64,000 nt of DNA from a plasmid. This document shows positions 39,447 through 49,510 of this stretch, one piece after another. The notes beneath the pieces were generated by a model. It made no database searches. It saw only the letters and a list, made by a program, of their open reading frames with translations, and was not told the DNA's origin. The DNA lies in the sequence record NZ_CP104760.1. One strand, 5' to 3'. Position 1 is the first letter of the stretch. Each line of letters opens with the position of its first letter. A program made the translations under genes and the position numbers.

Positions 39447-40358
39447 CTACTGATAGATGATTCCCGGCGGGTTCACCTCTGACGCGCTGACCGCTTCGCT
39501 CGACTGTCCCCACCGCTTTAACGCCTCACGATACTTCCCGTTCTGAATCAGCCCGTTTATCGCCTCCTGCAGCGCGATGTCCAGGCCGTTTCCCTTTTTG
39601 CTTGTGACGGCGACCGGCGTACGATAAGGGCCATAGCCGATGATTTTGGTTTTCCCGTTCAGCGCGACTTTCCAGGAGGCGGAAGAATCTGGACCAAACA
39701 TTGCGTCGGCGCGTCCTGAAAGCAGGTAGAGCATGGAGGAGGCTTCGTCCGACAGATAGATGAAGTCGACAGGCTTCAGCCCCTTTGCCCGGTTTTTTTC
39801 ATCCCAGCTGAGCAGTATTCTCTCCTGATTGGTGCCCGACTGAACGATGATGCGCTTGCCTGCCGCTTCCTCAGGGGAGTTGATGCTGGTCAGGCTGCTG
39901 TCAGCCCTGGCGGAAAAGCTCTGTCGGCTGGAGCGGTAGGTGGCGAAATCAAACTTCTTTTTTCTCTCCTCGGTGACCGCGATATTAAACATGGCCGCAT
40001 CATACCGCCCGGAGGTAATGCCCAGCGGCCAGTCCTCCCAGGCGGCCGGAATAATTCTCAGCTTCAGCCCCAGGCTCTGCGCAATCAGCGACGCGATGTC
40101 CGGATCGCTGCCGATAAGCGATTTATTGTCAGAGCCGAGAAAGTAGAGAGGCGGCGAATGGGTGGTTGAAATGGCGATGGTCAGATAGCCCGGCGTAATA
40201 AAGTGAAAATCTGCAGGTATTTTTGCGACAGCGTTGGGGTTAATCGGGGCGCTCAGCGGTTGTTCATTTTTGACAATATCCACGCGCTTAAAATCATCTG
40301 CATAGAGCGTGAGAGGAAGAAAGAGGGTAAAACAAAGCAGTTTTGCTAATAAGTTCAT
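39447..40358 (-). CDS. ABC transporter substrate-binding protein (polar amino-acid family)
   Basis: 303 aa. Signal peptide. Paralogue of 42771-43712 (shared blocks [39 protein letters not shown]). Confidence 0.75.
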   Translation of the reverse strand: MNLLAKLLCFTLFLPLTLYADDFKRVDIVKNEQPLSAPINPNAVAKIPADFHFITPGYLTIAISTTHSPPLYFLGSDNKSLIGSDPDIASLIAQSLGLKLRIIPAAWEDWPLGITSGRYDAAMFNIAVTEERKKKFDFATYRSSRQSFSARADSSLTSINSPEEAAGKRIIVQSGTNQERILLSWDEKNRAKGLKPVDFIYLSDEASSMLYLLSGRADAMFGPDSSASWKVALNGKTKIIGYGPYRTPVAVTSKKGNGLDIALQEAINGLIQNGKYREALKRWGQSSEAVSASEVNPPGIIYQ

Positions 40359-40559
40359 CGGGCGGTCCTTATCTGGCCGAGGCGTGGCCTTAATTAATAA
40401 TGACGGGAGTGCATATCTTTTTATTCGCGTATCAGCGGGAAATAACGATATCCTGTTTTAACGCGTTTGCTTAATAACCATTCCGGCTATCAAAGCCGTT
40501 ATATTAAATAACGGCTTTTCTTTGGGGCGGGAGGAAAGCAAGAAGACGCTCAATAACTT

Positions 40560-41348
40560 TTATAGCACCCGTGACAGGAACTGTCGGGTGCGCTCATTTT
40601 TGGCATCCGCCAGAATTTCCGCACCGCCGGTTTCAATAATTTTCCCGTGATCCATAAAGACAATATTGTCGGCAACTTCGCGTGCAAACCCAATTTCGTG
40701 CGTCACCACGACCATCGTGGTACCTGAGCGGGCCAGGTTTTTGATAACCTCCAGCACTTCGCCCACCAGCTCGGGATCGAGCGCTGAGGTTGGCTCATCA
40801 AAAAGCATCACGCGCGGCCTGAGCATCAGCGCGCGGGCAATCGCTATACGCTGCTGCTGACCGCCCGACAGATGTCGCGGCCAGGCGTCGGCCTTATGGG
40901 CGAGTCCCACGGTGGTCAGCAGCCTGCTGGCGAGCGCGATAGCCTCATCTTTCTTCAGCTGCTTATGCGCGACCGGCGCCTCAATTAAGTTCTGCAGAAC
41001 GGTCATATGGGGGAAAAGGTTAAAGTTCTGAAAGACGTAACCCACGTTAATGCGTTGCTTAAGGATCTCCTTCTCCTTAAGCTCGTGAAGCCGATCGTTT
41101 TTCTTTCTGTAACCGATATATTCCCCGTCTATTTGAATAAAGCCCTGATCGACGCGCTCAAGGTGGTTGATGGTTCTTAACAGCGTTGATTTTCCCGAGC
41201 CGGAAGGCCCCAGAATAACGGTAACGGTACCCGGTTTAATATTGAGCGAAATATCATCCAGCGCCTTATGGCGTCCAAAGTATTTTGTGATGGATGAAAT
41301 CACGATCTCACCGCGCAGAGGCTTATCGAAATCGACGGCTTTAAGCAT
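40560..41348 (-). CDS. ABC transporter ATP-binding protein
   Basis: Walker [13 protein letters not shown] signature [15 protein letters not shown]. Walker [13 protein letters not shown]. Confidence 0.85.
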   Translation of the reverse strand: MLKAVDFDKPLRGEIVISSITKYFGRHKALDDISLNIKPGTVTVILGPSGSGKSTLLRTINHLERVDQGFIQIDGEYIGYRKKNDRLHELKEKEILKQRINVGYVFQNFNLFPHMTVLQNLIEAPVAHKQLKKDEAIALASRLLTTVGLAHKADAWPRHLSGGQQQRIAIARALMLRPRVMLFDEPTSALDPELVGEVLEVIKNLARSGTTMVVVTHEIGFAREVADNIVFMDHGKIIETGGAEILADAKNERTRQFLSRVL

Positions 41349-42254
41349 TTAATTTTCCTCTACGGCCTGGATGGATTTTACGCGTGAGAATAAAGGTTTC
41401 AGCGATCCTTGCGGGCTGCGCTGCGCGCTTTTCGCCAGATGCCGTTCGACAAAATACTGAATGGCGGAGAGTGCCGTAGTGATAATCAAATACCAGGCTG
41501 CGCCCACCATCAGCAGCGGAATGACCTCCTGGTTGCGGTTGTAGATCATCTGAATGGTGTAAAACAGCTCCGGCATGGCCAGCACATAAACCATCGCGGT
41601 TCCCTTCGCCAGACTGATGATTTCATTAAAAGCAGTAGGAATAATGGCTCTAAGCGCCTGCGGCAGGATAATGCGCAGGGTTCTGCGCCGCGCGGAAAGC
41701 CCCAGCGCTGCGGCTGCCTCAAACTGGCCATGATCGACGCCCATAAAGCCGCCGCGAATGATCTCCGCGCTGTAGGCGGACTGTACTAATGTCAGGCCGA
41801 TCACCGCGGCGGGAAACTGTCCAAGCACGTTGATCGTCGGGAAACTGCCCCAGCTCAGCGTGGTAAAGGGGATGCCTATTGAGAGCCGGTCATAGAGATA
41901 GGAGAAGTTATAAAGCACGATTAGCACCACGATCAGCGGCAGCGAGCGAAACAGCCAGATATAGCCCCAGGAGAGCGTCCGCAGCAGCCATGAGGATGAC
42001 ATACGCGCCATCGCGAGCAGGCCGCCAAACAGCAGGCTAAGTACGGTGCCCCACAGCGTCAGCAGCAGCGTCTGCCATAAACCGTGAATAATAACCGGAT
42101 CAAAAAACCATCGCGCAAATACGCCCCATTCCCAGCGCGGGTTCAGCGCGACTGACTGAATAATCCCGGCGAAAATCGCCAGCGCGAAGATACTGCCTGC
42201 GATCCTTCCGGGATAGCGCGCCGGAACGACTTTTAATGTGTGGTGTTTATTCAT
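41349..42254 (-). CDS. ABC transporter permease (polar amino-acid type)
   Basis: 301 aa, multi-TM. Directly abuts the ATPase gene. Start overlaps the GNAT stop by 1 nt. Confidence 0.8.
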   Translation of the reverse strand: MNKHHTLKVVPARYPGRIAGSIFALAIFAGIIQSVALNPRWEWGVFARWFFDPVIIHGLWQTLLLTLWGTVLSLLFGGLLAMARMSSSWLLRTLSWGYIWLFRSLPLIVVLIVLYNFSYLYDRLSIGIPFTTLSWGSFPTINVLGQFPAAVIGLTLVQSAYSAEIIRGGFMGVDHGQFEAAAALGLSARRRTLRIILPQALRAIIPTAFNEIISLAKGTAMVYVLAMPELFYTIQMIYNRNQEVIPLLMVGAAWYLIITTALSAIQYFVERHLAKSAQRSPQGSLKPLFSRVKSIQAVEEN

Positions 42255-42769
42255 CAGGAATTCACTTCAAGAGGGTCAATGGCCTTGCGGAAACCCAGTC
42301 GGCCGTCGTAAGGAGGCAGCGAGTAGCGCTCCAGATCGCCGCTCAGATCGTGCAGGGCGTGAAAACCGTGGCGCAGATAGAGCCGGGTGGCGCCGCGCTG
42401 CCGGAAGCCGGTTGTCAGGTAGATCTGGCTATAGCCCGCTTTCGCCGCCAGTCTCTCCAGCTCCGATAATATTTCTCCCGCCAGGCCCTGCTGGCGAAGA
42501 TCGGATCGCACCCAGATGCGCTTGAATTCGGCGGTCTGCGCGTCATAGCGTTTAAAGCCGCCCATGGCGAGGATCTGGCCCGCCTTCTCCAGCACGATAA
42601 AGCCACCCTGAGGCGGCAGATACCATTCGGTTTGTTCAGGCACGGCGTGACGAGAAAAGTAGTCGCCATAGATGCTGGCGTACTCTTCCATTAGCCCTTT
42701 CATAATCTCTGCGAGCGCCTCGTCAGCCGGCGAGACGAGGCGAAAAGCGTAGCTGCTCTCCAGCGGCAT
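42254..42769 (-). CDS. GNAT family N-acetyltransferase embedded in transporter operon
   Basis: 171 aa. GNAT motif RQQGLAGEILSELERLA. Confidence 0.75.
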   Translation of the reverse strand: MPLESSYAFRLVSPADEALAEIMKGLMEEYASIYGDYFSRHAVPEQTEWYLPPQGGFIVLEKAGQILAMGGFKRYDAQTAEFKRIWVRSDLRQQGLAGEILSELERLAAKAGYSQIYLTTGFRQRGATRLYLRHGFHALHDLSGDLERYSLPPYDGRLGFRKAIDPLEVNS

Positions 42770-42770
42770 A

Positions 42771-43712
42771 CTAATCTCCCAGTCCTGGCGGATTAATTTC
42801 AGAGCGATCGATTTTTTCGATCCCCTCGCCCCAGCGATTCAGCACCTTGAGGTAGTCACCGTTTTCAATAACGCCGTTAAGCGCGACGTTAACGGCGTTT
42901 ACCAGCCCTGAATCTTTTTTAACGGCCGCGCCGATATGTGCCGTTTTCGGCCAGCCGCCTGCCACGCTGCCGACCCGATGCGTAGTGCCCGTCAGGGCGG
43001 CTTTCCAGGCGCCGATCACATTAGGGCCAAAGTAGGCATCTGCGCGTCCCGATTGCAGCGTCAGATTGAGCATCGCTTCATCGCGGGAATAAACCGGAGT
43101 GAAGGGTTTAAGCCCTTTCGCCTGATTCTGCTTGTCCCAGGCCAGCAGCACCGCTTCCTGATTGGTGCCGGAGGTCACGATAATGCGCAGCCCGGCAATA
43201 TCCTCTGGCTTAGAGATTGAGGTAATGGGGCTATCCTTTTTCACGTAGAAGCCCAGCGTATCGCGGCGATAGGTGGCGAAGTCAAACTTTGCCTTGCGCG
43301 CGTTCGTTACCGTTACGTTGGTGATAGCGGCATCATATTTCCCTGCGATAACGCCCAGCGGCCAGTCTTCCCACGAGGTCGGGACGATATTCAGCTTCAG
43401 GCCCAGGCTATCCGCGATCAGCCTTGCCATATCGACCTCGCTGCCGAGCAGGGTTTTATTGTCGTCGGCATAAACAAAAAGCGGGGGAGAGTTATGTGCC
43501 AGTACTGCCACGGTAAAGTAGCCGGGCTTTACAAAATGAAAGTCCTTTGGCAGCACGGCAAGCGCCGCGGGATTTTCAGGCGTATCGACAGGTTGTTTAT
43601 TCGCTTCGAGGCTGATGGGCTGACCGTTCAGCGAGACAGCGTTCTCATCCGCCAGCACCGGACAGGTGGCGAATAACAGCAGAGCGACTGAAAGCGTTTT
43701 TTTGATATTCAT
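42771..43712 (-). CDS. ABC transporter substrate-binding protein (second copy)
   Basis: 313 aa. Signal peptide [21 protein letters not shown]. Confidence 0.75.
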   Translation of the reverse strand: MNIKKTLSVALLLFATCPVLADENAVSLNGQPISLEANKQPVDTPENPAALAVLPKDFHFVKPGYFTVAVLAHNSPPLFVYADDNKTLLGSEVDMARLIADSLGLKLNIVPTSWEDWPLGVIAGKYDAAITNVTVTNARKAKFDFATYRRDTLGFYVKKDSPITSISKPEDIAGLRIIVTSGTNQEAVLLAWDKQNQAKGLKPFTPVYSRDEAMLNLTLQSGRADAYFGPNVIGAWKAALTGTTHRVGSVAGGWPKTAHIGAAVKKDSGLVNAVNVALNGVIENGDYLKVLNRWGEGIEKIDRSEINPPGLGD

Positions 43713-45025
43713 TGACCCGCCTGCCGTTGCGTTATTTTTTTGTTCAGCAAATTCTCCCGCAGGGTATTTGCGCGATAGCTTTTGGGCGTAAGCCCTCTTT
43801 CCTGAAGAAGCGGCACGACCCGATCGACGAAGCGGGGAAACGTATCGGGCGTTCCGCCCATGATGATAAAACCGTCTGCTGCTCTGTTCTCAAACCAGTG
43901 CTGCAGTCCGTCGGCTACCTCTTCTGCCGTGCCGATAAACACCGGACGCGGCGTCGCGGACTCCAGCGCCGCCTGGCGTAGCGTAAAGCCTTGCTCTTTC
44001 GCCTTGCGTTTGATTTCGTCGGTATAGCCGCGAAAGCTGTTCTGCCCGAGCGTGCCCAGCTCCGGGAAAGGTTCGTCGAGCGGATACTGTGAAAAATCAT
44101 GGTGATCAAAATAGCGACCCAGGAAGTTCAGTGCCTCCTCGACGGAAACCAGCCCGGCGACGGACTGATACTGCTTTTCCGCATCCTCGGCGGACTCACC
44201 GACAATCACCGTCACGCCCTGCAAAATCGCTAAGTCAGCTTCGCTGCGCCCATAGTTGTTCAGCTCTCCTTTCAGGGATTCATAATAGGCCTGCGCTTTT
44301 TCGACGCTGTCCTGACGGGTAAAGACCGCCTCTGCCTGGGCGGCGGCGAGCGCGATCCCCGCATCGGAGGTGCCCGCCTGGAATATAACCGGCTGCCCCT
44401 GCGCCGAACGTCCTATATTCAGCGGACCCTGAACCTGAAAATATTTACCTTCGTGATTGAGGGTGTGCATTTTCTCCGGTTCAAAGAACTGGCCCGTCTC
44501 TTTATTGCGCACAAACGCATCTTCATCCCAGGAGTTCCATAAGCCTTTCACCACCTCGATATACTCTTGCGCTATCTGGTAGCGCTCTCCATGGTCGGGA
44601 TGCTTCTCGCGGGAAAAGTTTTTCGCCGAGCCCTCAAGCGGCGTCGTGACCACGTTCCAGCCCGCCCGCCCATCACTGAGATGATCGAGGCTCATAAATT
44701 GCCGGGCAACGGTAAACGGTTCGCTGTAGGAGGTCGAGACGGTGCCGACCAGTCCGATTTTGCGGGTTACCAGCGCCAGCGCGGAGAGCAGCGTCATCGG
44801 CTCAAAGCGGTTGAGAAAGTGGGGCGCGGATTTTGCGTTAATAAAGAGGCCATCGGCGACAAAGACAAAATCGAAAATTCCCTCTTCCGCCTTGGTCGCA
44901 ATGCTGCGTGCGAAATCAAAGCTGATGCTGGCATCTGCCTGCGCGGTTTGATGACGCCATGCGGACATATTTCCCATCGCGCCATGGATCATGGTGCCAA
45001 GATGCATTTTCCTGTTTTTCATCAT
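43709..45025 (-). CDS. NtaA/SnaA/DszA-family FMNH2-dependent monooxygenase (LLM class)
   Basis: 438 aa. Length and N-terminal pattern [18 protein letters not shown]...[10 protein letters not shown] typical of the nitrilotriacetate-monooxygenase-component-A family. Stop overlaps the SBP start (ATGA). Confidence 0.7.
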   Translation of the reverse strand: MMKNRKMHLGTMIHGAMGNMSAWRHQTAQADASISFDFARSIATKAEEGIFDFVFVADGLFINAKSAPHFLNRFEPMTLLSALALVTRKIGLVGTVSTSYSEPFTVARQFMSLDHLSDGRAGWNVVTTPLEGSAKNFSREKHPDHGERYQIAQEYIEVVKGLWNSWDEDAFVRNKETGQFFEPEKMHTLNHEGKYFQVQGPLNIGRSAQGQPVIFQAGTSDAGIALAAAQAEAVFTRQDSVEKAQAYYESLKGELNNYGRSEADLAILQGVTVIVGESAEDAEKQYQSVAGLVSVEEALNFLGRYFDHHDFSQYPLDEPFPELGTLGQNSFRGYTDEIKRKAKEQGFTLRQAALESATPRPVFIGTAEEVADGLQHWFENRAADGFIIMGGTPDTFPRFVDRVVPLLQERGLTPKSYRANTLRENLLNKKITQRQAGQ

Positions 45026-45110
45026 ATTCCAGATTAATCAATGCCGGTAAATAAGACGTATGAATAGCCGCCGCTTTTACCTGGGGCGGCTATTTATCCC
45101 TGACGTCACG

Positions 45111-46100
45111 TTAATTAAGCGATCTATTCGCTAGCAGTTCGATCGATCTCACCCGGGCGCGCGCTTCCGCGACAGGCGTATCAACGATGAATTCATCAAT
45201 ATGATATTTCTCATGCAGTCGCGTCAGCTTTTGGTGGATATCGCCAGCGGTGCCGTGCAGCAGCGACGGCATCCGCTTTTCAATGGTGTAATGCTGATAC
45301 CCCGCCTGCCTGACGTAGAGTTCAGCCAGCTCGTAAGTCGAGACGTTAACGCCCGGCTGGCCTTCGGCCATGACGTGATAAACACACAGGCCCTCAGCGA
45401 GCGCGGCGGCCTCAGCCTGGGTGGTGGCGGCGATGACCTGAAGCGCCACCAGCGCTTTTTTGCCGCCGCTGTGCTCCGTGTAGGCCAGCAAAGCGTCCTG
45501 CATCAGCTGTTCGTCGCCGTTGATGTGTGCCGCATAGACAAAATCCCACCCCAGCTCGGCGGCGAGCCGGGCGCTTTCCCGGCTGGCGCCGAGTAAAAAT
45601 CGCGAGGCGGGCTGAGCAGGGGCGGGCGTCGCCTTGAGTTCCTTCTGCTTTTCCTCCCGCGCTGGCCGTAACCAGCCGTCCAGCAGGCGAATCTGAGCGG
45701 CAAAGTCGCCTTTTTCTGCGGGATTCACGCCCTGTTGCAGCGCCCTGGTGGCAAGCGGCAGGCCGCCGGGCGCTTTACCCACACCTAAATCGATACGGTC
45801 AGGCGCAAGCGCAGAAAGCAGGTTAAAATTCTCCGCTACTTTATAAGGGCTGTAGTGCTGGAGCATGACCCCGCCTGAGCCGAGCCGAATGCTTTTCGTC
45901 TCGCCGATCGCTCTGGCGATCAGCAACTCCGGCGAAGGGCTGGCCAGGGCCGTGGAGTTATGGTGCTCCGCAAACCAGTAGCGGTGATAGCCTAATCGCT
46001 CCGCTATCTGAACGAGCTGCAATGAGCGAGACAGTGCGCTCGCTGCGTCTTCAGATTTATCGAGCGGGCATTTATCCAAAATGCTTAGCTGGTAGGTCAT
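45111..46100 (-). CDS. luciferase-like (LLM class) flavin-dependent oxidoreductase
   Basis: Start ATG 46100 (MTYQLSILDK) after AGGAGG. Motifs YHRYWFAEHH and LGSGGVMLQHYSPYKVAE typical of LLM monooxygenases. Confidence 0.7.
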   Translation of the reverse strand: MTYQLSILDKCPLDKSEDAASALSRSLQLVQIAERLGYHRYWFAEHHNSTALASPSPELLIARAIGETKSIRLGSGGVMLQHYSPYKVAENFNLLSALAPDRIDLGVGKAPGGLPLATRALQQGVNPAEKGDFAAQIRLLDGWLRPAREEKQKELKATPAPAQPASRFLLGASRESARLAAELGWDFVYAAHINGDEQLMQDALLAYTEHSGGKKALVALQVIAATTQAEAAALAEGLCVYHVMAEGQPGVNVSTYELAELYVRQAGYQHYTIEKRMPSLLHGTAGDIHQKLTRLHEKYHIDEFIVDTPVAEARARVRSIELLANRSLN

Positions 46101-46754
46101 TTGTCCTCCTGTATACATGTTTGCATTTTTTTATTTATTGCCTGTGATTGCAAAGAACAAAAAAGCAAAAACAAATTATCTATCTGGCAATGCAGCAAGC
46201 TTTTTTCTGGGCTCGGTTGTCACTTTTCTGCTTTTTCACTCTTTTTCGCTAAGCGATCAACTTTAAATTAAGGGCGTTTGCCGGGCGGTGGGGAGCCAGA
46301 AAATCAACGGCTTTAACCGCTTATTAGCGGGAAAGGATTGCCTGACAGGATGAATGATATGAAACCATCAAGATAAAGCGTGACAAATACCTTTTTTAAC
46401 TAACAGTTATTTCTAAGCGTGAGATCGCTAAGACAAGAAGAAAGAGAGTGGCAATTACTGATTTTCAGCCAACGGGATTGTTATTATTTCAAACAGGCGA
46501 ACCCGGGTAGTAATCGATCCCACCCTAAACGAGACGTTAAAGCGTAACGCGGCGGATGAGGATAGTGAGCATTTTGTAACTTTTTGATGTTTAAATATTG
46601 GCTGTTTCGCCCGAAGGAAATTTACGCACGGGCATCAACTTTTAGCCGTTAACAAGGCGTTTGAGCAAGAGGGCGGGAAAGAGAGGTATTTTGCGGTAAA
46701 GAACTGACGGCACAGGTTTGCGTCGGGAAAATAACCGAACGCCATCTTATGGGA

Positions 46755-47085
46755 TTAATAGTAGATTAAAATAACACACTCCAGCTCTTCCTGAAGACGG
46801 TATACTTCTTTGAAGTAACTTTGGCATTCGGCGTTGTTATAGTTAGCCGCATCATTATTTTTCAGGCGCTCACATATCTTGCCATAAAGAAAGCGGTAAG
46901 CGTGCTTGTCCGAATTTTCGCCATGGCAAACAAAATGAAGGAAATTCAGGGTATGTCCATACTCTATAAAGCCCAGGGCCGCAGCCGGGATAAAATATGC
47001 CTTTTTGATAATCTACCAGTCGATATTTTCTGAACAGGGCTTTGTTTCCCTTTGGGCGGGGCGCTACCTTCTTACGCGGCGGCAC
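46755..47085 (-). pseudogene. frameshifted low-GC gene remnant
   Basis: Two overlapping protein-like frames on the minus strand (…YRLVDYQKGIFYP… and …FIPAAALGFIEYGHTLNFLHFVCHGENSDKHAYRFLYGKICERLKNN…). Neither has a credible start. GC is visibly lower than the flanks. Confidence 0.3.
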
Positions 47086-47207
47086 CTGATACCATAACCG
47101 TTGCTGGCGGCAAAATTAACTTTAACGCTTCAGTTATAGCGGCCCCTGTGCGGTATATAATTCATCTGATGGCCAGCATGCCACGCTGGGTCAGATTGCC
47201 AGAGACA

Positions 47208-47251
47208 GCGCGTAATCCCCTTACCCGTTACACCGGCGAAGGATTACGCGC
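47208..47251. repeat. 11-bp perfect inverted repeat GCGCGTAATCC…GGATTACGCGC with 22-nt spacer
   Basis: Read directly. Lies 48 bp downstream of the iutA stop on the transcribed strand. No T-run. Confidence 0.5.
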
Positions 47252-47298
47252 GGAAATGTCCTCACAAAAGCGCTGACAGAACAGATGCCAGCCTGAAA

Positions 47299-49488
47299 TC
47301 AGAACACCACAGAATAATTGAGACCAAAGGTTCGGCCACGGCCCTTATAGGTATAAAGGCCTGCATCGCCATAGGTCGGGCTGTAAAGCCCCGGCGCTCG
47401 CTGACCCCATACCGTGGTGTAATCCTTATCCAGCAGGTTCTCTACGCTGAAGCTGAGTTTTCCGACCGGCAGAGCGTAGCTTCCCAGGAAATCAACGGTG
47501 TTATAGCCATCGATTTTTTTCCCATCAGCGTCGGTGAGATCAAAGGTTTGCGTGCTCTGGACGCGCAGATTCCAGTCGCCCGGCGCCCAGTTCAGCCAGG
47601 CGCTGACTTTAGATGGGCTGGCGCTGTCTATTGTCAGCTTCTCCCATTTATCCTCTACGCGCGTTTCCGATTTGATGATATTGAAGTTAGAGCCGGTGCT
47701 CCATTCGCTGTCGTCAAAGAAATAATCAACCTGTCCCTCAACGCCATAAATGCGACGCTTGTCGTCATCCAGATTAATGGTCATGTCGGTTTTATTGATA
47801 CTGATGGTTTTATCTGAGAGCGAATAATAGGCCGCGAGCTGGGTGCGCAGGTTATCCCCGGTAAAGCGCCAGCCTAGCTCATAAGAATCAACTTTAATCC
47901 CATCCAGTCTGGAATCATTCACGTTAACGCTGTTGGTGAGGTTGTAATGGCCGTTAGCTAACCGGTAGGTGCCTGAGCCGTAATATTTTGCCAGGTCCGG
48001 GATTTCAAAGCCCTGCGAGAAGTTAAACCATACCTGCTGGCGCTCGGTCAGACGTCCCAGAATGCCGGCATTGAACAGCAGATTATTGTAGTCAGTTGAA
48101 CCGCCAGGAACTGCATCCGCCGACCTCGCCTGGCCGGTGGCGATCGCCTGCTGCTGCGCATAGCCAACAAAGTCGTCTACCTTGTTTTTCGTATACTGAT
48201 AGCGAACGCCGCCGCTTAGCGTGATGGCATCGATGTCGTAGCTGGACTGCAGGAATGGCGCGAGGTTGGTAATGCTGTAGCCCGGATAGCGCCCGACATT
48301 ATAGGCATTTTTCAGCGTCATCCCGCCGCTTTGCGCAGCCGTGTTCAGGTCAAAGAATTGCTGGTTAGCGTCAAAGGTTTCATGATCGACGTCGACACCG
48401 TAAGTCAGCGACAGAGAGTCGACCGGTTTACTGTTAATGGTCAATTTGCCGCCATAAAAATCGGTTTTTTGCTGCGAGGCGCCGATGCTGGTGACGCGAT
48501 TGCGGCTGAGGGTAGGGAAAGGGTAGAAGCTCAGGTTTTCGTCACGATAGTAAACCTGTGCCACCAGATCCTGACCCATAAAATCGGTATTGGAATACTG
48601 CAGGTTAATCAGATGGCGCTCGGTTCCAGGCAGACGGTCAGAGTCGAGACTGCCAGAATTGTGGGCGTTGCCGGAGCCGGTTACGGCCGAGAAGTTCTCG
48701 CCCAGATAAAGCCCGTGTTTGCCGTCTGATTCGCTTTTGAAGTACTGCGTGGTCAGCTGCAGCTGCTGGTTCTCATCAATATTGAGCGTGCCGGTGCCCA
48801 TAATATCCAGGCGATCGGAGTACTGCAGCCCGGTCTGGGTATTATCGATGATCGCCTCATTGCCTTTGCCATCATACCAGCCGCCATAGCGCTGATAGGC
48901 AACCGACAGGCGGCCCGCAGCCTTGTCGTCGCCGCCGCTCACGGCAGCGGCAATATTTTCATCACGATCGTTATGGCTGTTGAACCCGCTCTTAAACCCG
49001 GTTTGCAGTTCCGCTTCTGTTCCCGCCTGGCCTTTTTTAGTGACGATGTTAATCAAGCCGCCGGTACTGCCGCCGCCGTAGAGCGAGGTTGCGCCTGAAA
49101 TCACCTCAATACGTTCGATATTAAAGGGATCGATCGCGTCCAGCTGGCGGCTGTCGCTGCGCGATGAGTTGAGGCGAACGCCGTCCACCATCACCATCAT
49201 CGAGCGACCGCGCATGTTCATGCCGTAGTTCGTTCGCCCCTGACTGCTGACGTCCATGCCTGGAATAAGCTGCGCCAGCACCTCCTTCAACTCTTTACCG
49301 CCCTGAACCTGCTGCTCAATCTCAGCCTGCTCAATGATCCAAGTGGTTTGCGCCATCTCCGCCACGCTGCGATGCGTGCGGCTGGCGGAGACGACCATCT
49401 GTTCTTCTTTTGGCTCTTCAGCCCAGGCGCTGGAAGAGAGCATTGCGAGTAAACAAGGATTTAAAACCCACAGATACGGCTGTTTCAT
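47299..49488 (-). CDS. iutA: TonB-dependent ferric-aerobactin receptor
   Basis: 729 aa. Collinear by eye with E. coli IutA (VAEMAQTTW, IQGGKELK, NYGMN, LNSSRTDSRQLD, GATSLYGGGSTGGLINIVTKKGQ, C-terminal KGRGRTFGLNYSV-F). Signal peptide and C-terminal Phe. Confidence 0.9.
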   Translation of the reverse strand: MKQPYLWVLNPCLLAMLSSSAWAEEPKEEQMVVSASRTHRSVAEMAQTTWIIEQAEIEQQVQGGKELKEVLAQLIPGMDVSSQGRTNYGMNMRGRSMMVMVDGVRLNSSRSDSRQLDAIDPFNIERIEVISGATSLYGGGSTGGLINIVTKKGQAGTEAELQTGFKSGFNSHNDRDENIAAAVSGGDDKAAGRLSVAYQRYGGWYDGKGNEAIIDNTQTGLQYSDRLDIMGTGTLNIDENQQLQLTTQYFKSESDGKHGLYLGENFSAVTGSGNAHNSGSLDSDRLPGTERHLINLQYSNTDFMGQDLVAQVYYRDENLSFYPFPTLSRNRVTSIGASQQKTDFYGGKLTINSKPVDSLSLTYGVDVDHETFDANQQFFDLNTAAQSGGMTLKNAYNVGRYPGYSITNLAPFLQSSYDIDAITLSGGVRYQYTKNKVDDFVGYAQQQAIATGQARSADAVPGGSTDYNNLLFNAGILGRLTERQQVWFNFSQGFEIPDLAKYYGSGTYRLANGHYNLTNSVNVNDSRLDGIKVDSYELGWRFTGDNLRTQLAAYYSLSDKTISINKTDMTINLDDDKRRIYGVEGQVDYFFDDSEWSTGSNFNIIKSETRVEDKWEKLTIDSASPSKVSAWLNWAPGDWNLRVQSTQTFDLTDADGKKIDGYNTVDFLGSYALPVGKLSFSVENLLDKDYTTVWGQRAPGLYSPTYGDAGLYTYKGRGRTFGLNYSVVF

Positions 49489-49510
49489 TTGTTATTTTTT
49501 TCCGATGAAT

